From IMG/VR virus record IMGVR_UViG_3300028388_001808, positions 29,734 through 93,733 of that record: a stretch of DNA of 64,000 nucleotides. The stretch is one strand, 5' to 3'. The stretch is from a virus. How positions within the stretch are numbered: position 1 is the first letter of the stretch; each line of letters starts with the position of its first letter. Below the pieces are notes generated by a model. That model was not told where the DNA came from and did no database searches. It saw only the letters and a program-made list of their open reading frames with translations. Position numbers and translations under genes: made by a program. This document shows positions 27,968 through 35,000 of this stretch, piece by piece.

Positions 27968-28097
27968 AGTCCACTTAGAACTGTAACATAGTTACAAAAT
28001 TTGCAGGTTCAAATCCTGCTATAAGCGAAAGCTTATATGGCGGAAATGGTATACGCACTTCACTTAAAATGAAGCATTTTAAAACAGACAGTGGACT
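27968..28097 (+). ncRNA. Unit 3: circularly permuted tRNA-Leu(TAA)-like RNA opened at the variable arm
   Basis: AGTCCACT/AGTGGACT stem plus motif; order is T arm, acceptor TATAAGC-GAAA-GCTTATA, D arm, anticodon arm CTTCA-CTTAAAA-TGAAG. Confidence 0.8.
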
Positions 28098-28166
28098 AAG
28101 ACAAACGTAGGCGGAAGTCTAGCCCGTAGAAGGTAACTACAAATCAAATCCCTTCCGCTGAACGTA

Positions 28167-28215
28167 GGAACCCCCTTAGTATCATGTACGCATGGTGTCT
28201 TAGTCAGGGGGTTCC
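28167..28215 (+). ncRNA. Unit 4: minimal variant (CTTAGTAT...TAGTCAG)
   Basis: 10-bp stem GGAACCCCCT/AGGGGGTTCC; inner CATG-TACG-CATG hairpin. Confidence 0.6.
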
Positions 28216-28225
28216 AAAGAAAAAA

Positions 28226-28326
28226 CGTCTCGCTTAGAACAAACAAAAGTTATAGGTTCGAGTCCTATATTTTCTCGATTTTGAGGAAATTAGCTTAATT
28301 GGTTAGAGCAAATAGGCAGCGAGACG
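28226..28326 (+). ncRNA. Unit 5: YrlA-like Y RNA (T arm - closed acceptor hairpin - D arm)
   Basis: CGTCTCGCT/AGCGAGACG stem plus motif; ATAGG-TTCGAGT-CCTAT; ATTTTCTC/GAGGAAAT; TAGCTTAATTGGTTAGAGC; no anticodon arm. Confidence 0.75.
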
Positions 28327-28470
28327 ACAAAAAGAGGGGCCAGCCTCCCAAATACCGATTCAAACAGGTAAGTGCTGGTCCCTCCTACTTCGATCAAAGA
28401 TTAGGGGGAGCCGATACGGTTGAACAAATCAAAAGGGGATTTTTTGATTCCGGCTCCTCCGACCTTATAA

Positions 28471-28540
28471 GGTCCACTTAGAACTAAAACTAAAAACACC
28501 AGACTTGTAAATCCGGCAACGTTTTAGCAGTCAGTGGACC
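28471..28540 (+). ncRNA. Unit 6: shared helix plus an anticodon-like hairpin (CTTGTAAA loop)
   Basis: GGTCCACT/AGTGGACC; CTAAAAC/GTTTTAG; CCAGA-CTTGTAAA-TCCGG. Confidence 0.7.
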
Positions 28541-28557
28541 AAACTTCTATCATAACC

Positions 28558-28663
28558 GTCTCTCTTAGAACCAAAAAAACTTTGTATAGCTCATTGTAGA
28601 GCATCAAATTTAGGTTTTGAAGGTTGCTGGGTCAAACCAGCTACAAAAGTTTGACAGAGAGAC
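28558..28663 (+). ncRNA. Unit 7: shared helix stacked on the acceptor end of a degenerate tRNA cloverleaf (TAG loop)
   Basis: GTCTCTCT/AGAGAGAC; TTTGTA/TACAAA; GCTC-ATTGTA-GAGC; TCAAA-TTTAGGT-TTTGA; GCTGG-GTCAAA-CCAGC. Confidence 0.7.
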
Positions 28664-28693
28664 AAGGGAGTGCTTCGGCACTCCTTATTTTTT
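28664..28693 (+). terminator. Intrinsic terminator closing the RNA array
   Basis: GGAGTGC-TTCG-GCACTCC followed by TTATTTTTT. Confidence 0.8.
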
Positions 28694-28704
28694 GTTTAAC
28701 CGCT

Positions 28705-28778
28705 GGTCCCTTAGTTCAGTTGGTTAGAACCCCTGACTCATAATCAGGAAGTCGCAAGTTCGAGTCTTGCAGGGACCA
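28705..28778 (+). tRNA. tRNA with CAT anticodon (likely Ile2; Met possible)
   Basis: Canonical cloverleaf GGTCCCT/AGGGACC, loop CTCATAA. C4:G69 and C5:G68 match TilS determinants. No encoded CCA. Confidence 0.9.
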
Positions 28779-28808
28779 CTACGAGGAGCAGCATCTCAAA
28801 TCACAATT

Positions 28809-28967
28809 ATGAAAGACACAATAAAAACAAAAAAAAGATTTGCATTCTTTCCAGTTAAACTTAGTGACGGGAGAATAATCTTTTGGAAAAAATACAAACT
28901 AACAGTAACAAAATCCTGGCATCCATCAGGGTTGACGGTAACAAAGAAGTATGAATGGATTCCGTAG
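28809..28967 (+). CDS. Small hypothetical protein
   Basis: KKRFAFFPVKLSDGRIIFWKKY motif; overlaps tRNA-Arg by 10 nt. Confidence 0.5.
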   Translation: MKDTIKTKKRFAFFPVKLSDGRIIFWKKYKLTVTKSWHPSGLTVTKKYEWIP

Positions 28968-29031
28968 CTCAGTTGGATAGAGCATCTGCCTTCTAAGCAG
29001 ACGGTCACAGGTTCGAATCCTGTCGGGATCA
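28958..29031 (+). tRNA. tRNA-Arg(TCT)
   Basis: GATTCCG/CGGGATC; TCTGC-CTTCTAA-GCAGA; T arm ACAGG-TTCGAAT-CCTGT. Confidence 0.92.
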
Positions 29032-29063
29032 CAATTACTGTAATTACAAATAAATCTAAGCAA

Positions 29064-29285
29064 ATGCAAACAACGTTTATTGACATCGACACTAATGAGG
29101 CGCTCGACATTCAGTGGCATTCTAACAATGTGCCTGCTCGCCTGGAATACATTTCTGCTAATGGGATATGGTATAAAGTTGATGAGGTGGTGTATCGGAT
29201 AGTAGAAAAATTAAATTTTACGCCACCGGAACAAATATTACCGGTTGTGTATCTCAAGAAAACAGGTAGACCGTATTTTATTTAA
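29064..29285 (+). CDS. Small hypothetical protein
   Basis: 73-aa ORF between tRNAs. Confidence 0.55.
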   Translation: MQTTFIDIDTNEALDIQWHSNNVPARLEYISANGIWYKVDEVVYRIVEKLNFTPPEQILPVVYLKKTGRPYFI

Positions 29286-29292
29286 GTTATAA

Positions 29293-29377
29293 TTGCCCGG
29301 ATGGTGGAATTGGTAGACGCGCTGGTCTTAGGAACCAGTGTTCTAGCGACGTGTGGGTTCGAGTCCCACCGGGCGTA
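29293..29377 (+). tRNA. tRNA-Leu(TAG) with an irregular acceptor stem
   Basis: D arm, CTGGT-CTTAGGA-ACCAG, long variable region and GTGGG-TTCGAGT-CCCAC; the acceptor register is shifted by 2 nt. Confidence 0.75.
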
Positions 29378-29409
29378 CAATATCTTTCAACTTAAAAACA
29401 ACAGACACC

Positions 29410-29673
29410 ATGACAAGAAAAGAAGTAGAGTTTATTGAGAGGCACAAAGCAGGATTATTAAATCCTGATTGCGCTTACTACATCGGAGACAAGGCAAGAG
29501 AGGCAGTGAAAGAAGGTAGAGTCGCGCTTCAGAACTACACGACAAGGGATAAAATACAAGAACTCAAGCCAAAGAAAAAGACCAAAAGGCAATCTGGCTG
29601 GAATCTTAATAATGAATATGATGGTCGTAACGACTTTCACACGTTCGGATATCCGGACAGTTACTGGATGTAA
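29410..29673 (+). CDS. Hypothetical protein
   Basis: ATG in ACAGACACCATG, the same context as the next gene. Confidence 0.6.
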   Translation: MTRKEVEFIERHKAGLLNPDCAYYIGDKAREAVKEGRVALQNYTTRDKIQELKPKKKTKRQSGWNLNNEYDGRNDFHTFGYPDSYWM

Positions 29674-29699
29674 TTTTCAAAATCTAAATAACAGACACC

Positions 29700-31454
29700 A
29701 TGAAGAAAAGTACAGAGATACTGCTTCCTACAGGAGTAGATCAGAAAAAGCTGGCTGCGATGAGTGTAACGATCAACACCATCAAAAAATCAGCAAAAGA
29801 ACCCAACGAGCAGTTGGTCTATGACCAGTTGACAAGACTTATTGGGGGGACTACTGATGAAGAGAAGACTTTACTGCTCCGCAACCTGTTCCAGATCATA
29901 GATCGTGAATCCGGAAAAGAGCTGGGTTATATCTCTCGAATCATTATCCGGTGGATAGAACACTACATGCCGGAATGGTTCTATGCGAACCTTTGGACAG
30001 TACCGTATTTCGTCAAGTGGGAGTACCTCTGGTACAACCAGATTCGGACTACCAAAAAGTCCAGCCACAAGCGACCTGCAAAGGTTGAAAAGACAGAACT
30101 GTCTGATTTCGACTATGAAGCAATCGCCAAGTTTGTTGCGGATTACATCCGTAGCAAAGAGGACAAAGGTCTTCTGGCGAAGTGGTTGCCGAAATACCGT
30201 AAAACAAAGCGGTGGCGTAAGAAGGTTTTAAAGGACGGTACAGTGAAACGCTGGACTACGAATCTGCTGCCTTCCACACAGTCGGTTGTGAATGTAAACA
30301 ACCACTTCATCAACCTCATCTGTGAGGAAATGGGGTGGACTGTTTCTGATTACGCCAACTGGAGAAAGGAAAATCAGCGCACCATCGAACAACAGGTGTC
30401 AAAAGGAGCTGCCTTTGACGCTTTGCCGGAAGCTACAATCAAGGACCATTTCGACAAAATGGCTACCCATGCCAGATTCAGAGTGGAGAAATCCATGAAG
30501 AATACGGATAAGTGGAAAAGAGCTTCCCAGGTATTCAACGCCTGGAAAGAAGATGAAACACGAGTAGCAGAGAAAATCCGTACCGCCCTGTCGAAAGGCG
30601 ATGAAGAAGGAGCAAAACTCCTTCGAAAAGCTTCCAAGGCGAAAACCGGAGGTGGACTTCAGACCTATGATCTGCTTTATAAGCTAATGAAAGAGAATGA
30701 CATTTCCACAGCAAACAACCTGCATAGCAACCTTATGGTTGACTTAATGGATAAACTAGACGGAGACGTCTATACCATTATCGACTGGTCGGGAAGTATG
30801 GAGAGCTATAACCAATCAGATATAGCGATGATTGACATTGCAAATACGCTGGCCGTGACATTCTCTACGATGCACAAAAACCCCATGTACAAAAACGAGT
30901 TCATGGTATTTGGTAAAGATGCAGTCGTCGTAGGAACCACTTCCAAATACAGCAAGACTGGTAAATTCCAGGTTGCCAAAGTGGAAGAAAGGAAAAAAGA
31001 ACCGACAATCGATGCCAAATGGACGTTTGAGCAGAACCTTCGCAGGATGAGAGAGGCCCGCAGAGGTATGGATCAGTGGAGTTTGGTGTCTGCAACCAAC
31101 ATGGGTGCTTGCTTCGAGCATTTCATCCAGTTGGTGAAAGACGGACACTGCACGCCGGAGGAACTACCTGTTGCTCTTCTTTTCATTACCGACGAAGAGA
31201 ACAACATGGGTAAACACCCTACAGAGTGCATGGCTGATGCCGCACAGATTGGCTGGTATCCTCTGGTCATCTGGTGGGGACTCCGCAGTAACCGGATGTC
31301 TAGCATCCGCTGCGAGAATTTCTTGCCTGTAACAGGCTTTGCGGAAAACGTACTGAGTGAAGTACTGACTTTCTTGCGTAACGGAGTTATTCTTCCCGGA
31401 GCGGAACTGCTGGCGGTGAACGATAATCCCCGCTATAAGGATATTAAATACTGA
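29700..31454 (+). CDS. TROVE/DUF2828-like + VWA protein (Ro60/Rsr-like RNA-binding protein)
   Basis: Helical N-terminal region with LFQIIDR..G and LLAKWLPK; VWA MIDAS IIDWSGSM, ATNM and LFITDEE; C-terminal GF.ENV; size about that of Ro60. Confidence 0.75.
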   Translation: MKKSTEILLPTGVDQKKLAAMSVTINTIKKSAKEPNEQLVYDQLTRLIGGTTDEEKTLLLRNLFQIIDRESGKELGYISRIIIRWIEHYMPEWFYANLWTVPYFVKWEYLWYNQIRTTKKSSHKRPAKVEKTELSDFDYEAIAKFVADYIRSKEDKGLLAKWLPKYRKTKRWRKKVLKDGTVKRWTTNLLPSTQSVVNVNNHFINLICEEMGWTVSDYANWRKENQRTIEQQVSKGAAFDALPEATIKDHFDKMATHARFRVEKSMKNTDKWKRASQVFNAWKEDETRVAEKIRTALSKGDEEGAKLLRKASKAKTGGGLQTYDLLYKLMKENDISTANNLHSNLMVDLMDKLDGDVYTIIDWSGSMESYNQSDIAMIDIANTLAVTFSTMHKNPMYKNEFMVFGKDAVVVGTTSKYSKTGKFQVAKVEERKKEPTIDAKWTFEQNLRRMREARRGMDQWSLVSATNMGACFEHFIQLVKDGHCTPEELPVALLFITDEENNMGKHPTECMADAAQIGWYPLVIWWGLRSNRMSSIRCENFLPVTGFAENVLSEVLTFLRNGVILPGAELLAVNDNPRYKDIKY

Positions 31455-31538
31455 AGACTTGGAATTTTGGGACTGAAGGCGTAGTCTTCCTTTGTGGAGG
31501 GCTGCGCCATTTTTTTATCTTACCAAAACAACACTTAG

Positions 31539-31910
31539 ATGAAAATCTACAGAGAACTTTTGAATGAGGTTGTAGAATCTCTAAACAGCTACTACCTGCA
31601 CAAGAACGTAAAGTTCTATTTAAACACGACAGGGCCAACTATCATGGACGAGAAAAAAGGATACTATCAGTACACTTTAAGGCTGGTAGCATATATACCA
31701 AATCAACCTAATCTTGTAATTGCTATACGTTCCATAATAGTAAAGTCATTAGATGATGAAGGTCAGGTAATGGAATCGTTGGCATATAAATTACTTGTAG
31801 ACATGATAATGACAGGTATTGTAGAGGCTGGTAGGCGTGCAACAGAGACGTACTCTAGTCTGGAAGAACAGATAGGAGTAAGCTTTCAGGAGTACAAAGA
31901 GAAGTTATGA
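31539..31910 (+). CDS. Hypothetical protein
   Basis: 123-aa ORF at the start of the replication operon. Confidence 0.65.
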   Translation: MKIYRELLNEVVESLNSYYLHKNVKFYLNTTGPTIMDEKKGYYQYTLRLVAYIPNQPNLVIAIRSIIVKSLDDEGQVMESLAYKLLVDMIMTGIVEAGRRATETYSSLEEQIGVSFQEYKEKL

Positions 31911-32227
31911 AGAGGAAAGCAAGAAAAGAACACATCTGCGACACCTGCGGAGAAGTCATACAAAAAGGAGAAGTGTACGAATATGACGAGCTTAGAGTAC
32001 CTAGACTTGACGAACAAGACGTTCAGGTAGGAATAGAATACTTTAAGTTTAAGACATGTTGGCACTGCTTTGCTTTGTGTCACGAAAAACAAGAAGAGCA
32101 TTACTTTGTAGATGAATACGTAACAGATGGCTTCGTATCCGGAAATAGAGTAATGTCACCTACAGGAAGGCAATATTGCGTAAAATGCGGAATGTATAAG
32201 GAGGATTATGATAATATTCATCACTAA
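31907..32227 (+). CDS. Zinc-finger protein
   Basis: KARKEHICDTCG...CWHC...CVKC. Confidence 0.7.
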   Translation: MKRKARKEHICDTCGEVIQKGEVYEYDELRVPRLDEQDVQVGIEYFKFKTCWHCFALCHEKQEEHYFVDEYVTDGFVSGNRVMSPTGRQYCVKCGMYKEDYDNIHH

Positions 32228-34121
32228 ACAACTCGGAATTTGGGATTCTAGCGAAATTCCAACAGTGAACTCTATAGAACCACTGTTACAGTTCATGAGA
32301 ACTGAACAGGTCTATGGAGTGGATACAGAGACTACCGGAGCTTGGAATATGAGGAATGACCTTACTTCTCTTCAGATTATGAGGAATGACCTCATTTCTC
32401 TTCAGGTAGGGAATGAGGAAGTACAGTATGTCGTAGATTGGCAGTCTATGTCTACGGCAGAACGTATGGAAATACTGAATGAAATGGCTAAACCAAGAGC
32501 CACGAAGGTACTACAGAATGCGAAGTTTGATCTGAAATTCTTTATGCAGTATGGCGTGTATCTCCTGAACATCTACGATGTGATGGTAGCAGAGTGCTTG
32601 ATCTATGCAGGAAGAAAACAGGAGAAGGGATTCTTCGCACTGGATGCGATTGCAGCACGCTACTCGGATATGCGGCTTGACAAGTCAGTGCGTGGGAAGA
32701 TTCACATTGAAGGGCTAACTGGCAGGGTAATAAGATATGGTGCGGCTGACGTAGAATGCCTTATCCCAATAATGCGGGGAACGCATCTGAAGCTTCAAAG
32801 CCTCCACATGGCGAAAGAGGACCATCAAGACCCTCATACGGTACTGGGAATCGAAAATCGTTCTTGTCTGGCCTTTGCAATGATGGAATTCAACGGGTTA
32901 AAACTCGATCTGGTCAAATGGGAACAGATCAAGGAAGAATTGAAGGAATCTATCATACGTATAGAAAAAGAACTGGACAAAATCGTAGTCGAGTCAGACC
33001 TATTTACAGGAATGGGAATGCGTCAACTTGATCTTTTCTCGGACACAGTAGAGACGAGAATAAACTGGGGTAGCTGGCAACAGAAATTACCACTGTTGAA
33101 ACAGATTAACCCAGAGATACAAGATACCTCAGAACGATCTCTGTCAGTTCATAAGAACGAGCATCCAATCATTCCAAAGTTGATAGAGTATGCAAAAACT
33201 ACAAAGCTGTACAACGGATTCGCTAAGACAATGCCAAAGATGATAAATCCTGTAACGAATAGGATACATACATCCTTTTGGCAGAACCAAAGTACAGGAC
33301 GTGTCTCTACAGATAGTCCTAATTTGCAGAACATCCCAGCAAGAAGTGAAATGGGAGGTAGAATGAGAGAATGTTTCATTCACGAAGAAGGTTGGAAGAT
33401 AGTAGGCGGAGATTACAGTGGTTGCGAATTACGGGTAATGGCTGAATTCAGTCAAGACCCTCTATGGTTGAAAGTCTTCAATGAAGACGGAGACTTACAC
33501 AGCGAGTTGTGTGCAAAGACATTCAACATACCAATAAGCGACGTTAAAACAATGTCTCCTTATGGTGTGAAATACAGAGACGTACAAAAGACCATAAACT
33601 TCGGTCTCGCGTACGGAATGTCAGAATATAAACTGGCAGACACGTTACAAATCAGCATAGAAGAGGCAAGAACTATCATTAACCAGTTCTTTGCCGTAGT
33701 GCCTACACTGAAAGCTTTCCTAAACAAGCTTGGAAGGTTTGCAGTAAGAAAAGGCTTCTCAAGGACTCCTCCACCATACGGTAGGATTCGCTGGTTTGAT
33801 AAGTACAAAGGTAGCCCCAAACAGAGGGGTGAGGTGGAAAGGGAAGGTAAGAATCATCCTATCCAGGGAGCAAACGCAGATATGGTTAAACTCGCACTAG
33901 CCAACTGCTACGAATACATTGTAAATCACGGTCTTACAGATCATGTAAAGTTAATGCACACTATACATGACGAGATACAGACTGAGGCAAGGGAAGACAT
34001 TGCAGAGATATGGGCTGTAGAACTACAGAACATAATGGTGGAAGCCGCCTCTGTTATTATCAAATCAATTCCTATGGTTGTCGATGTGAAAATCGGAGAC
34101 AACTGGGGAGAAACCAAATAA
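32208..34121 (+). CDS. polA: DNA polymerase family A (3'-5' exonuclease + polymerase; no 5'-3' exonuclease)
   Basis: ExoI DTETTG, ExoII NAKFD, ExoIII YGAAD; TGRVS..PNLQNIP; motif A DYSGCELR; motif B KTINFGLAYG; motif C IHDE. Confidence 0.95.
   Translation: MIIFITKQLGIWDSSEIPTVNSIEPLLQFMRTEQVYGVDTETTGAWNMRNDLTSLQIMRNDLISLQVGNEEVQYVVDWQSMSTAERMEILNEMAKPRATKVLQNAKFDLKFFMQYGVYLLNIYDVMVAECLIYAGRKQEKGFFALDAIAARYSDMRLDKSVRGKIHIEGLTGRVIRYGAADVECLIPIMRGTHLKLQSLHMAKEDHQDPHTVLGIENRSCLAFAMMEFNGLKLDLVKWEQIKEELKESIIRIEKELDKIVVESDLFTGMGMRQLDLFSDTVETRINWGSWQQKLPLLKQINPEIQDTSERSLSVHKNEHPIIPKLIEYAKTTKLYNGFAKTMPKMINPVTNRIHTSFWQNQSTGRVSTDSPNLQNIPARSEMGGRMRECFIHEEGWKIVGGDYSGCELRVMAEFSQDPLWLKVFNEDGDLHSELCAKTFNIPISDVKTMSPYGVKYRDVQKTINFGLAYGMSEYKLADTLQISIEEARTIINQFFAVVPTLKAFLNKLGRFAVRKGFSRTPPPYGRIRWFDKYKGSPKQRGEVEREGKNHPIQGANADMVKLALANCYEYIVNHGLTDHVKLMHTIHDEIQTEAREDIAEIWAVELQNIMVEAASVIIKSIPMVVDVKIGDNWGETK
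32348..32407 (+). repeat. 30-bp tandem duplication within polA
   Basis: TATGAGGAATGACCTTACTTCTCTTCAGAT / TATGAGGAATGACCTCATTTCTCTTCAGGT. Confidence 0.9.
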
Positions 34122-34122
34122 C

Positions 34123-34392
34123 ATGGGACTCTTTAAAGACATTCAGATGATCTTAGGTATGGCGAAAATGTCACCACCTAAAGACATGAGCAACGAAGTG
34201 GCAATCTATGAAGCATCTATGCTGTATGAAAAGACGGTAAAGGAAGCTCCAATAGACCAGTTAACTCCTAATACAATGATCATTGCAGAAACCAAAATCG
34301 AGAAACACGAGCTTCCGAAAGGAGATCATAATTTCTCAGATTCTGGTCTGACAATCATTCTTGCAAAAACTGAAAACCCTCCAGAAGCATGA
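34123..34392 (+). CDS. Hypothetical protein
   Basis: 89 aa, coupled ORF. Confidence 0.6.
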   Translation: MGLFKDIQMILGMAKMSPPKDMSNEVAIYEASMLYEKTVKEAPIDQLTPNTMIIAETKIEKHELPKGDHNFSDSGLTIILAKTENPPEA

Positions 34393-35000
34393 AGATCAAC
34401 AACGAAGTAATCGAGAAGCTGAAAGAGGCTGGAATAGATACCTCAATCGGCTGCCTTTATCTCCTGTCAGTGTATTTCGGATTGACTGAAAACATTATAT
34501 CTGAAGATATAAAAGAGAAAGTCAATCGAGTAATGATTGACAGAGACTACACAAATGGGGGAAAACCCTTCATTAAGATGCCTCTGATCTTAAATACAGG
34601 ACATGATCCTCTATTTAAGGAAGAGAAAGAAAAGACGGCACACTCTGATACAGGAATGTTTGATGAATGGATGAGTTTGTGGCCTAAGCCACAAGAGACG
34701 AATCTAAACTACTCTGTAAGTGGTAACAAGCCGCAATGCAGATCAAGAATGAACACGTTTCTGTCATCAGGATGGAAATCGCACGAACTTCCTGCCATGA
34801 CGAGAAAAGAAAAGTGGGATGTTATAATAGAGGCAACCAGAAGATACATCGCTTACCAAAAGAACCGTAGATGGGCCTACACAAAGAAAAATGTGAAGTT
34901 CATCAATGACTTAGAAGGTTCTGTTCTTGCTGAGTGGTGTTTGAAGGTGATGAACAACAGTCAAGATTCTCAAACTACGGTACTAGAGCGGATGATATGA
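34389..35000 (+). CDS. Replication-associated protein (initiator/loader-like)
   Basis: FDEWMSLWP and IIEATRRY motifs; directly upstream of the helicase. Confidence 0.5.
   Translation: MKINNEVIEKLKEAGIDTSIGCLYLLSVYFGLTENIISEDIKEKVNRVMIDRDYTNGGKPFIKMPLILNTGHDPLFKEEKEKTAHSDTGMFDEWMSLWPKPQETNLNYSVSGNKPQCRSRMNTFLSSGWKSHELPAMTRKEKWDVIIEATRRYIAYQKNRRWAYTKKNVKFINDLEGSVLAEWCLKVMNNSQDSQTTVLERMI

Noticed and set aside
28299-28481. 60-aa ORF within the RNA array
   Set aside because: It has a non-ATG start inside a D loop and overlaps several RNA stems.
27669-28663. CRISPR array interpretation of the recurring CTTAGAAC
   Set aside because: The constant part is only ~8 nt, spacing is irregular, the flanks covary as stems, one copy is permuted, and there are no cas genes in the window.
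28722-28730. GTTAGAAC in tRNA(CAT) as an eighth handle copy
   Set aside because: It is the ordinary D loop/D stem (GTTC/GAAC) and has no partner GNCAG strand.
29700-31454. RtcB-type RNA repair operon accompanying the Ro-like gene
   Set aside because: No RtcB, RNA ligase or Pnkp motifs were recognised in this window; they could lie elsewhere in the genome.
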